Shown here: positions 16,749-24,360 of the stretch, one piece after another
Layout of the letters: each line of letters opens with the position of its first letter
How positions within the stretch are numbered: the stretch's first letter is position 1
Virus record (IMG/VR): IMGVR_UViG_3300032268_001078
Coordinates: 1-64,000 of that record
Source: a virus
Length of the DNA: 64,000 nt
Reading direction: 5' to 3' (one strand)
Translations under genes and position numbers: made by a program
Notes under the pieces: model-generated
Seen by the model: only the letters and a program-made list of their open reading frames with translations
The model's database searches: none
What the model was told of the DNA's origin: nothing

Positions 16749-17889
16749 TCTTTTTAGTAGAAGGAGCTAAATACTCTTCTTCGTCAATGTTGTAGATTTG
16801 AGCTAATGTTAATGGTTTATCTGTAGTTGATTTACTTCCCAATTTACTTAACAGTTTATTGCTGTGTTCAATGTCTAAGGCATCAAACTTATGTTCAGCA
16901 ATCAATCTACCTTTACGTAGTAATGCTGAGTCGATTTTGTTTCGGTTCATATTGAAACTACAAATGATTTGGATTTTCATAATGTCACCCATAATACCAT
17001 CAGTCATATTCAAAATATTACTTACACCAACTGCACTTCCACCATTGCCTCTTTCACTTACTACTCGTTCTGCGTCTTCAATGACTAATACACTGTTACT
17101 GTTTTGAGCTAAAAACGGAATAAATTCAGGTGATGTAATAGCTTCAGTCAAAAATGGTGGAACAAAAATAACATTCTTGTCTTTGATTTGACTTACTAGC
17201 CACTTGATATATGTTGTTTTACCTGTTCCCGGTTCACCGTGTAATAATACTAAACCTCTGTTATTGTTTTTATTTAGTTCTTCAACAATCTTTTCACTTA
17301 CAGGAACAAACTCACTACCATAATTTGATTCTAGTTCAAGTTCGGGATTATTAATGTCAAATTCTTCTAAGTCAAAACCATTACGATCTTGTGACACTAA
17401 GTAAATTTGAGACATAGTAACATCTTCATTTTTGTATTCATATTGATTCAACGATTCCATCAATTCAAATACTTCACTTTCATTACTACTGTCATATGTA
17501 ACCATAATACCTACTGAACCTAAAATTTTAGGATTTTCAAGAATTTCATCAATTTTATCACTACTTATGTTTCCTTTTCCTTTAGGCCATTGCACTTCAG
17601 TATTAGTACTTAATGTTAAACAAATTGCTCCTTCATTTTGAAACTTAATAAAGTGTTTTTCACGAACACTTAATTTTTTATCACTGTCTATTCTGTGTGA
17701 TTGAGTAACTAATTCATAGTCCTTTTCAAATATTTCAAGTATTTTAGTGTCATATGTTAAACTTGACTTAAATGTATGTGGAACAACTCCAAATGTCATT
17801 TGAATTAAGTGGTCCGGTTTAAAATTACCTCCATCTAAAACACCGTCTGTGTTGTGTTTAATAATTTCTTTTATATTTTCTAATTTCAT
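16738..17889 (-). CDS. AAA+ ATPase (BCS1/FtsH-type AAA domain)
   Basis: GLVLLHGEPGTGKT, LVIEDAE, ILNMTDG, IDSALLRKGRL. Confidence 0.9.
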   Translation of the reverse strand: MKLENIKEIIKHNTDGVLDGGNFKPDHLIQMTFGVVPHTFKSSLTYDTKILEIFEKDYELVTQSHRIDSDKKLSVREKHFIKFQNEGAICLTLSTNTEVQWPKGKGNISSDKIDEILENPKILGSVGIMVTYDSSNESEVFELMESLNQYEYKNEDVTMSQIYLVSQDRNGFDLEEFDINNPELELESNYGSEFVPVSEKIVEELNKNNNRGLVLLHGEPGTGKTTYIKWLVSQIKDKNVIFVPPFLTEAITSPEFIPFLAQNSNSVLVIEDAERVVSERGNGGSAVGVSNILNMTDGIMGDIMKIQIICSFNMNRNKIDSALLRKGRLIAEHKFDALDIEHSNKLLSKLGSKSTTDKPLTLAQIYNIDEEEYLAPSTKKIGF

Positions 17890-17900
17890 ATTTTTTGTTT

Positions 17901-18068
17901 TTAATAAAGTTCATAGTAATTTAATAACATTCTAAATGTTGATTCATCTATCTTCGTTTTTTTAGCAGTATCTATAAACTCAATAATTCGACCTATAGGG
18001 CGGATATAAGCATCGTTACTATAATTTTTTATATCATGAATGAATTCTTTAATATCTTTTTCTACCAT
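17901..18068 (-). CDS. YYEL microprotein, 55 aa
   Basis: MVEKDIKE...LLNYYELY*. Confidence 0.7.
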   Translation of the reverse strand: MVEKDIKEFIHDIKNYSNDAYIRPIGRIIEFIDTAKKTKIDESTFRMLLNYYELY

Positions 18069-18073
18069 ATTTT

Positions 18074-18244
18074 TTAAAGTTCATAATAATGAAGTATTTC
18101 CTCTAATTCAATGATTTTGGTGGATTGTTGTTGGTATTTACTAATTTTGTTTATATTAAAAATAATACTACGTACATTACTAATATACGTGCCATTAGTA
18201 TAATACCTCATATCTGTACATTTTTGGTAAAAATTATAGTTCAT
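18074..18244 (-). CDS. YYEL microprotein, 56 aa
   Basis: MNYNFYQK...ILHYYEL*. Confidence 0.7.
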   Translation of the reverse strand: MNYNFYQKCTDMRYYTNGTYISNVRSIIFNINKISKYQQQSTKIIELEEILHYYEL

Positions 18245-18392
18245 AATAGTCTAATATCCAATCATAATTTATTTGTGGTGAGTCGCTATTTTTGATAGCA
18301 TCTATTGATTCAATAATATTATTTATATGTTCGATGTAAATATACCTGTTGTATTTTACTATTTGTTGTATTTGTACTTCAATATAGTTCAT
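18234..18392 (-). CDS. YYEL microprotein, 52 aa
   Basis: MNYIEVQI...ILDYYEL*. Confidence 0.7.
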   Translation of the reverse strand: MNYIEVQIQQIVKYNRYIYIEHINNIIESIDAIKNSDSPQINYDWILDYYEL

Positions 18393-18531
18393 AATAATCT
18401 AATAAATCATCAACAGCATCCTTATCTTTGTCTTGTTTAATATCATTTATTAAATCAATAACATTATGTCTAAATTTGATATAAACATCATTGTTGTATT
18501 CTAATATATCTAATATTTCATATATAGTCAT
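18379..18531 (-). CDS. YYEL microprotein, 50 aa
   Basis: MTIYEILD...LLDYYELY*. Confidence 0.7.
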   Translation of the reverse strand: MTIYEILDILEYNNDVYIKFRHNVIDLINDIKQDKDKDAVDDLLDYYELY

Positions 18532-18674
18532 AATACTAATCTATTTGATAATAGAGTTAAATAAAATCTATAACCACGAACTACATCAGATGGAGTGAAA
18601 TTTTTTAGATGTTCTACATGATCATTTTGATGTAATCTTACTATTCTTAACATCATACGGTATTCTCTAGTCAT
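18528..18674 (-). CDS. microprotein, 48 aa
   Basis: MTREYRMMLRI...YLTLLSNRLVL*; paralog of the next ORF. Confidence 0.65.
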   Translation of the reverse strand: MTREYRMMLRIVRLHQNDHVEHLKNFTPSDVVRGYRFYLTLLSNRLVL

Positions 18675-18823
18675 AATTGTAACCTTAATACTAATCCGTT
18701 TAAATAAGTTTTTAAATCACAATCTAAATCATATGGATAATAGTTTATCATATAATTCAAGTAATAGTTATTGTCTTGATAACAATTTAATATTCTTAAC
18801 ATTGAATAATAGTCTCTAGTCAT
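18671..18823 (-). CDS. microprotein, 50 aa
   Basis: MTRDYYSMLRI...YLNGLVLRLQL*. Confidence 0.65.
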   Translation of the reverse strand: MTRDYYSMLRILNCYQDNNYYLNYMINYYPYDLDCDLKTYLNGLVLRLQL

Positions 18824-18957
18824 ATTCTCATCCAAATTTTTATCCAAGTGTTTATATCTGACGATTTACGATTGAAAGGACATATTATTTCATGTGAACG
18901 TTCTACAAGTTTGTTTACTGTACATTTGTGAATATATGATTCCATCCTATATTTCAT
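18820..18957 (-). CDS. microprotein, 45 aa
   Basis: MKYRMESY...KIWMRI*. Confidence 0.6.
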   Translation of the reverse strand: MKYRMESYIHKCTVNKLVERSHEIICPFNRKSSDINTWIKIWMRI

Positions 18958-19127
18958 AATATAAATCTACTTATTAATGCGGTATTCATTTGACCACTGA
19001 GTGTTATACCATTTGTTAATGCGTTTCTCCACATAACAATTTCTATAATATTCTTATATCCTATTCCATAAGTAGAACAACATTTCATTTTAATCATATT
19101 ATGATATTTTAAGTTGTAGTCTGTCAT
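18954..19127 (-). CDS. microprotein, 57 aa
   Basis: MTDYNLKY...LISRFIL*. Confidence 0.6.
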   Translation of the reverse strand: MTDYNLKYHNMIKMKCCSTYGIGYKNIIEIVMWRNALTNGITLSGQMNTALISRFIL

Positions 19128-19291
19128 TATAGTTCCATTACATCACGTAAACTCGCATTAGCACTATTTGACATAATAATAAATCTTCTATTATCTATAA
19201 TATTTCTAACTCTCATCATTCTAAAATGATTTGCTTGAAATGAAAAACTAGCCAACCTTACTATATAAAGTGTCGTATTATGTTTACCCAT
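19127..19291 (-). CDS. microprotein, 54 aa
   Basis: MGKHNTTL...RDVMEL*. Confidence 0.6.
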   Translation of the reverse strand: MGKHNTTLYIVRLASFSFQANHFRMMRVRNIIDNRRFIIMSNSANASLRDVMEL

Positions 19292-19434
19292 TATTTTACC
19301 ACAAACACTCTTAATCTAAATAATAAATGGTCTTTAACATTAAACATACTAATATTTGGATTTACTAAATAAATATAATATTCAGTAAAATCTGTATATG
19401 CCATTATTCTAGCATTAAAACTATTCAGCATCAT
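19291..19434 (-). CDS. microprotein, 47 aa
   Basis: MMLNSFNA...FRLRVFVVK*. Confidence 0.55.
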   Translation of the reverse strand: MMLNSFNARIMAYTDFTEYYIYLVNPNISMFNVKDHLLFRLRVFVVK

Positions 19435-19673
19435 CTCCTTTGTATTTTATCACGCATCCATTTTGCACCGTCAATAAATTGTCCATCACAAAAATCATCA
19501 AATGCCTTTTTACCTATCTCCTCATCACTTGGTAGTTCGATAAGGGTAGTCGGTTCGAGAGATGCAATAAATTCTATCATTTCTATATTGAATGGTGCTC
19601 TATCTTCTTTGTGACAGACCCCAAATCCAAAAGCAATTGCTTTAATTAAATCTTCTTCTGTGTATAGTTTCAT
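19431..19673 (-). CDS. hypothetical protein (duplicate of 8316-8573)
   Basis: Near-identical nucleotide and protein sequence. Confidence 0.75.
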   Translation of the reverse strand: MKLYTEEDLIKAIAFGFGVCHKEDRAPFNIEMIEFIASLEPTTLIELPSDEEIGKKAFDDFCDGQFIDGAKWMRDKIQRR

Positions 19674-19735
19674 AACTTTTATTTTTTTATCTTATAAAAT
19701 AAATATTATATTGGAGCGTCTAAGACGCTCCTTTT

Positions 19736-19981
19736 TTATTCAGCATCGTAAGGTATTAATAGTAAAGCAGCAATAGCAGCATTGTGTTTCATAATCTGTT
19801 TTTCTAACTCAGTTTTACGTTCGTCAGTAGTAGTGTCTTCTAACCATTCAATAGCTAATAAGCGTCTTGCATCTAACTCAATTTCAATTAAAACTAAGAT
19901 TTTAATAGTTAATTCATAGTCAGCATACTTTGCTGCTAATTCTTCTAATTCTGCGTCTGTTAAATCTCTTCTACCTGCCAT
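19736..19981 (-). CDS. hypothetical helical protein
   Basis: 81 aa ORF. Confidence 0.6.
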   Translation of the reverse strand: MAGRRDLTDAELEELAAKYADYELTIKILVLIEIELDARRLLAIEWLEDTTTDERKTELEKQIMKHNAAIAALLLIPYDAE

Positions 19982-19982
19982 A

Positions 19983-20258
19983 TTACAACTTAATTAAACC
20001 GTTAGACATAAGACCTTTATAAAAGTCCAAAATACTTCTCATTGTTTCAGTAGGCAATTCACTCAAATTACTTACACTACTATTAGCTAGTTGATCTAAA
20101 TAATCTAAAGTTTGTTTGTCACTAGTATCACAATTTACTAGCAATGCAATTCCTAAATTCACAGACGACTCATCTTTAGATGTAATCATACCTTTTAATG
20201 TTTCAAATGACTCCGCGTCTAATTGATGTACATTTTGATTTTTAACTAATTCTTCCAT
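19983..20258 (-). CDS. hypothetical protein; stand-alone copy of a domain of 9037-10047
   Basis: LDAESFETLKGMITSKDESSVNLGIALLVN. Confidence 0.7.
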   Translation of the reverse strand: MEELVKNQNVHQLDAESFETLKGMITSKDESSVNLGIALLVNCDTSDKQTLDYLDQLANSSVSNLSELPTETMRSILDFYKGLMSNGLIKL

Positions 20259-20274
20259 AACTTTTATTTTATAT

Positions 20275-20303
20275 ATTATAATAATTTTCTTTTTTAAAAC
20301 CCT
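20275..20303 (-). promoter_or_regulatory. class I promoter variant (AGGG-N18-TTATAAT)
   Basis: Same architecture with a different -10 element; also at 28667-28695. Confidence 0.55.
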
Positions 20304-20311
20304 TTTTATAC

Positions 20312-20539
20312 TTATTTCACAAAATCTTTTATAAAATTCCCCTCTTTTCTTAATTCTCTTAAATCTTCTAAATCAAACCTACTTACTAGTTCATCTAACT
20401 GATATCTTTTTTCAAAACATGTAGGTTTACTAATAATTTTATCAGTAGTAATATAGTATTCTAATACAGCACTACAAACACCACAATACCATTTACTTAC
20501 GTGGTATCCTATTATTTCATCTTTTGAAAAACACGACAT
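20312..20539 (-). CDS. array C small protein (LDE-x5-DLE-x-L)
   Basis: YQLDELVSRFDLEDL. Confidence 0.65.
   Translation of the reverse strand: MSCFSKDEIIGYHVSKWYCGVCSAVLEYYITTDKIISKPTCFEKRYQLDELVSRFDLEDLRELRKEGNFIKDFVK
20314..20342 (-). promoter_or_regulatory. class I promoter variant
   Basis: GGGG-N18-GTGAAAT. Confidence 0.6.
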
Positions 20540-20544
20540 ATTAT

Positions 20545-20573
20545 ATTACACAAAACCTTTTTTTTAAAACCCT
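20545..20573 (-). promoter_or_regulatory. class I phage promoter
   Basis: AGGG-N18-GTGTAAT. Confidence 0.7.
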
Positions 20574-20574
20574 T

Positions 20575-20778
20575 TTATCTCATTTTAAATAAATTTTCTA
20601 AATCCATAGAACAAATTACTTCATCTAACCAATACATACAAGGATCATTTTTAAAATCAACAATATCATTTTTAATAGTGTAAAAAATATCAAAATCAAT
20701 ATATTCCTTTTCATCAAGATAAATATACCATTTGTCTCTATAGTATTCCATCATTTCTTCTTTAGTGTATGCTGCCAT
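20575..20778 (-). CDS. array C small protein
   Basis: CMYWLDEVICSMDLENL. Confidence 0.7.
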   Translation of the reverse strand: MAAYTKEEMMEYYRDKWYIYLDEKEYIDFDIFYTIKNDIVDFKNDPCMYWLDEVICSMDLENLFKMR

Positions 20779-20941
20779 TTTCTAATTCCTCTAAATCTAA
20801 ATAAATACACATTTCATCTAACCAAAAATTACATCTATCATCTAAAAAACTATTTATGTCTTCTGTTAATTTTAAAATATCATTGTATTTATCAGTTGCT
20901 TGATAATCAATTATCGTTTTTTTAATATTGGATATCATCAT
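20762..20941 (-). CDS. array C microprotein, 59 aa (paralog of 20575-20778)
   Basis: MMISNIKK...CNFWLDEMCIYLDLEELENGSIH*. Confidence 0.7.
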   Translation of the reverse strand: MMISNIKKTIIDYQATDKYNDILKLTEDINSFLDDRCNFWLDEMCIYLDLEELENGSIH

Positions 20942-21114
20942 AATAAATTGTCTAAGTCTAAGTCTCTAACTGCTGAATTAAGTGCGAATTCGTTCATTGA
21001 GTAACTGTATCTTGGATGATGAATTTTATACATAAACCAAATTATTTGTCCAATATAATGATCATTACCTGCGACTTGACTCATAATAATTATTGCCTTA
21101 TTATTATCTTCCAT
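20938..21114 (-). CDS. array C microprotein, 58 aa
   Basis: MEDNNKAI...VRDLDLDNLL*. Confidence 0.65.
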   Translation of the reverse strand: MEDNNKAIIIMSQVAGNDHYIGQIIWFMYKIHHPRYSYSMNEFALNSAVRDLDLDNLL

Positions 21115-21280
21115 TTATGTATATAGGCGTTTTAATCTCATCTAAGCCAAAATAGTTTAAAAACATAGGTGATCTGTATCTTGATTTGTTCCACATATCT
21201 ACTACTGATAGTATTTCTTTTATATTGTATCCTCTTCTTGAATAAAACTCTATAAATGATGTTATTTCAAAATTTTTCAT
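21104..21280 (-). CDS. array C microprotein, 58 aa
   Basis: MKNFEITS...NYFGLDEIKTPIYINGR*. Confidence 0.6.
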   Translation of the reverse strand: MKNFEITSFIEFYSRRGYNIKEILSVVDMWNKSRYRSPMFLNYFGLDEIKTPIYINGR

Positions 21281-21281
21281 C

Positions 21282-21461
21282 TTAATTTTTATACTTTCCT
21301 ATTCTTACCTCATCTTCAAATTCTTCTAAGTCTAAATATTCTTCCACCATATCCACATAACTCTCAACATCTAAATAAAGTCTACGATATTTTAGTACTT
21401 TTTGCATATTATATGCAAAATGTGCATGGTCTTTAATTAAAAATTCTCTAAGTACTTTCAT
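21282..21461 (-). CDS. array C microprotein, 59 aa
   Basis: MKVLREFL...EEYLDLEEFEDEVRIGKYKN*. Confidence 0.65.
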   Translation of the reverse strand: MKVLREFLIKDHAHFAYNMQKVLKYRRLYLDVESYVDMVEEYLDLEEFEDEVRIGKYKN

Positions 21462-21649
21462 AATAGTTTATCTAAATCTAAATAGGACGATGCTCTACGT
21501 TGAAATGTTTTTATTGTATCTGTACTACACGAAGTAGGAGTTGATTGTTTGTAAACATCTAATAACCACAGTATAAAATACTTATGGTCTTTCACTGTGT
21601 CTTCCATACGCATTTTACGTATACCTAAATCTATTGGTTTTTGTCTCAT
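21458..21649 (-). CDS. array C small protein
   Basis: ...SSYLDLDKLL*. Confidence 0.65.
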   Translation of the reverse strand: MRQKPIDLGIRKMRMEDTVKDHKYFILWLLDVYKQSTPTSCSTDTIKTFQRRASSYLDLDKLL

Positions 21650-21843
21650 AGTGGTTCTAAGTCTAACATAGCTTCACATCTATTTATGTACTTCAATGTG
21701 GTTACAATAGTACTTTCTCCTTTAGAAAACTGTATACCTCTCACAAGTAAAAGAAAATATTTTACATAATTACCATTTATTGTTTGACCATCTTGTAGTC
21801 TAACCATATTTCCAATCAACTCAGTTTTTTCGATGTACATCAT
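21646..21843 (-). CDS. array C small protein
   Basis: ...EAMLDLEPL*. Confidence 0.65.
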   Translation of the reverse strand: MMYIEKTELIGNMVRLQDGQTINGNYVKYFLLLVRGIQFSKGESTIVTTLKYINRCEAMLDLEPL

Positions 21844-21860
21844 TGAAATTTTATTTTATC

Positions 21861-22055
21861 TTATGCAAAATGTAAATCTAATTTATGATATGGATTAACG
21901 TGTCTAATAGCAACTCTATTAGGCATACTTAGTTTAGGTGAATTTTCTACTTTTATAACATAAAGTTCTTCATCCATTACTACTAAGTCTTTAATAGTAA
22001 ACAAATCAGTTACATATGTTTCTATAAAGTAGGGTTCGTATTCTCTTGGTTCCAT
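21861..22055 (-). CDS. hypothetical protein
   Basis: 64 aa ORF overlapping the end of the phosphoesterase gene. Confidence 0.45.
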   Translation of the reverse strand: MEPREYEPYFIETYVTDLFTIKDLVVMDEELYVIKVENSPKLSMPNRVAIRHVNPYHKLDLHFA

Positions 22056-22744
22056 ATAAATTCTACTGGTTTGTTTAATGGTTCGTAGTTTAAGTTACAC
22101 GTTGCTGCGTTGATATATGTTATTTTACCATCTGTAGAATATCCATAACCTTCGTGGATATGACCACATAAAAACAACTTACACGTCGTTTCATTGAGTT
22201 TATTATATAATTGAATATCACCAACGTTTTCACCGCGAGCTACATAATCATTGTGTCCGTGTGCTGGACCGTGAGTAATAACTATATCTACATCATTTGG
22301 TATTTGAGACCAATGTTCATATGCAGCGGAGCCTCGATCAACATTAAATGCCCATCGAGTTCCAAATCGTGCTGACTGTGGACTACCAAAAAACTTAATA
22401 CCTTCTAATGTGATTGAATTATTCTCTAAATAAAATACATCTAATGGTAAGTTGTTTAACATATTAACTAACCAATATGGTTTTGAACCTTCAACATACT
22501 TGTCTTTATCAACTTCTTTGATGTATTCGTTTTGAAATTTAGGGTCAAAACTGCGATCGTGATTACCAGCAATGAATATTTTGTGTTTGTGAGGATGTTT
22601 TGAAAACCAATCGATAAATGATTTTACTTCATCTTTGTAACCATAAGATGTAAGGTCTCCACAGTGAATAAGAATATCACCATCCGGCACTTCTACTCGT
22701 TTGTGTTTGTTGTGAGTGTCACTAATAACAATTATTTTTTTCAT
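22022..22744 (-). CDS. calcineurin-like metallophosphoesterase
   Basis: ISDTH, HCGD, IAGNHD, VITHGP, CGHIH. Confidence 0.9.
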   Translation of the reverse strand: MKKIIVISDTHNKHKRVEVPDGDILIHCGDLTSYGYKDEVKSFIDWFSKHPHKHKIFIAGNHDRSFDPKFQNEYIKEVDKDKYVEGSKPYWLVNMLNNLPLDVFYLENNSITLEGIKFFGSPQSARFGTRWAFNVDRGSAAYEHWSQIPNDVDIVITHGPAHGHNDYVARGENVGDIQLYNKLNETTCKLFLCGHIHEGYGYSTDGKITYINAATCNLNYEPLNKPVEFIWNQENTNPTL

Positions 22745-22760
22745 AACCTATCTTATAATA

Positions 22761-22789
22761 ATATCACAAAAGGTTTTTTAAAAACCCCC
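22761..22789 (-). promoter_or_regulatory. class I promoter variant
   Basis: GGGGG-N17-GTGATAT. Confidence 0.65.
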
Positions 22790-22797
22790 TTTAAAAA

Positions 22798-23556
22798 TTA
22801 ACCTTTATTAATAATTTCTTTCAACTTAGCTTCAATAATGGCTTTGGCTTTTCTAACCCATTCTTGAGACTTTCCTAAGGCCGTTGCTATTTCTGAATTA
22901 GTTACTTTAACCTTTTGGTATCTTTCATCAGTCATAAATGTAAATACAGCACCTGCTAATTCTTTAATTTTTGGATCTTTGATGTCTCTAATATAACTTT
23001 TCATTTTATCTAAGTAAAACTTAGAGTCTTGTACATTACTTATATCAAATTCAGGTGTAGAAAAGTCTAAACTGGTATCTGCTACTGATTGGGCATCATC
23101 ATCATCTCCACCAGCTGGTTGGTTTATACTAGTAAATTTTTGTTTAACTTTACGTTCTTTCTTAGTTAAATTAGAAAGATGATTTCTCATTGCTCCTTGA
23201 ACGAAAGAATTAAATGTTGCTCTTCTATCATTGAAATCAAATCTATCAAACAATACATCTAAATATGCTAAACCTTCTTGAAATAAATCAGGTGCAGCAC
23301 TGTCAGCGCCTACATTACCAAATTGTTTTGCTAATGTCCAAACTGTTCTCCAACTAGCATTTTTGATTTTTTCTTTTACTTCGTCTTTTCTGTCTTCAGA
23401 CGCATCTGAATCTGTAAATTCATCTGCTAATGAGTCATACTCAGCTCTAGTAAGTGGGTTGTATTTTGGGTTACGAATATATTGATCAATTACTCTTAAT
23501 GATTCGTAGTCTTCATTTAATAATGATTCTAATAGTATAAATTTTAGAGATAACAT
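22798..23556 (-). CDS. divergent sigma-70-family factor with an N-terminal extension
   Basis: Region 2: DLFQEGL...DRFD.....FNSFVQGAMRNHLSN; region 4: TNSEIATALGKSQEWVRKAK. Confidence 0.75.
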   Translation of the reverse strand: MLSLKFILLESLLNEDYESLRVIDQYIRNPKYNPLTRAEYDSLADEFTDSDASEDRKDEVKEKIKNASWRTVWTLAKQFGNVGADSAAPDLFQEGLAYLDVLFDRFDFNDRRATFNSFVQGAMRNHLSNLTKKERKVKQKFTSINQPAGGDDDDAQSVADTSLDFSTPEFDISNVQDSKFYLDKMKSYIRDIKDPKIKELAGAVFTFMTDERYQKVKVTNSEIATALGKSQEWVRKAKAIIEAKLKEIINKG

Positions 23557-23571
23557 GTGACGATAAATATG

Positions 23572-24315
23572 TTAATTTAATTTATTTCTAAATTCTTCTT
23601 TAAGATATTCTATACTTAGAATATAATATTCCTCATCAACCTTATCAGCCCATTTGTTATTTTTGGTTTTATTGTATATAGGTTCCACAGGTTGGAGATT
23701 TCTCAAATCACTAACAATATGAGGAGGTGTATTTTCACTAAACCATGTTACTGGTATTTTGTGGTCTATTTCATGGTTAAACCAATCCATACCTTGTTTG
23801 TCTAAATGTTCTTTTAGTTGTAATGCTGAATATCCTAGCATCAATGTAGTAGAATTTTCTTTATTTTTTCCTAATCTTTTAAGAGTATTTTCTAGCAATA
23901 TTCTCCATTTTACTATATGTTTATTGTTTTCTCTATATTGTGTTTGGTTTAAATTTCTTTTTTTTCTTCTTGTTTCTTTTGTTTTATTAAAATAATCTTT
24001 TTGATAATCTTTCATATAATTAGGATTACTTTGATTCCATTTTTGAATATTATCTTTAACTCTTTCTTTATTATTTAAATACCATTCTTTTGTTTTTTGA
24101 GCAATTATATCTTTATTATTTTCTCTGTATTTAATATTACTTTGTTTATTTTTTTCTAAATTATTTAATTTCCATTTTTTAGAAGCAGCTAATATACAAC
24201 TTTTGCACCAAAATGTTAAACCATCTTTTGTAGTTTTTCTTTTATTAAATTCAGTAATTGATTTTTCTTGTTTACAATTTGTATTACTACAAGTCTTAGT
24301 CATATTTATATTCAT
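23572..24315 (-). CDS. free-standing HNH endonuclease
   Basis: N-terminal zinc finger; HEIDHKIP...DLRNLQPV...N..K.NK. Confidence 0.75.
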   Translation of the reverse strand: MNINMTKTCSNTNCKQEKSITEFNKRKTTKDGLTFWCKSCILAASKKWKLNNLEKNKQSNIKYRENNKDIIAQKTKEWYLNNKERVKDNIQKWNQSNPNYMKDYQKDYFNKTKETRRKKRNLNQTQYRENNKHIVKWRILLENTLKRLGKNKENSTTLMLGYSALQLKEHLDKQGMDWFNHEIDHKIPVTWFSENTPPHIVSDLRNLQPVEPIYNKTKNNKWADKVDEEYYILSIEYLKEEFRNKLN

Positions 24316-24360
24316 ATTATTATTGTTTTGGTTAATAATAAATATTATGTAGTGGGCGCT

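Larger units (their letters stand above)
17901..19434 (-). other. array B: 10 tandem coupled microprotein ORFs (YYEL* subfamily and RLxL* subfamily)
   Basis: Manual translation of a region empty in the ORF track. Confidence 0.8.
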
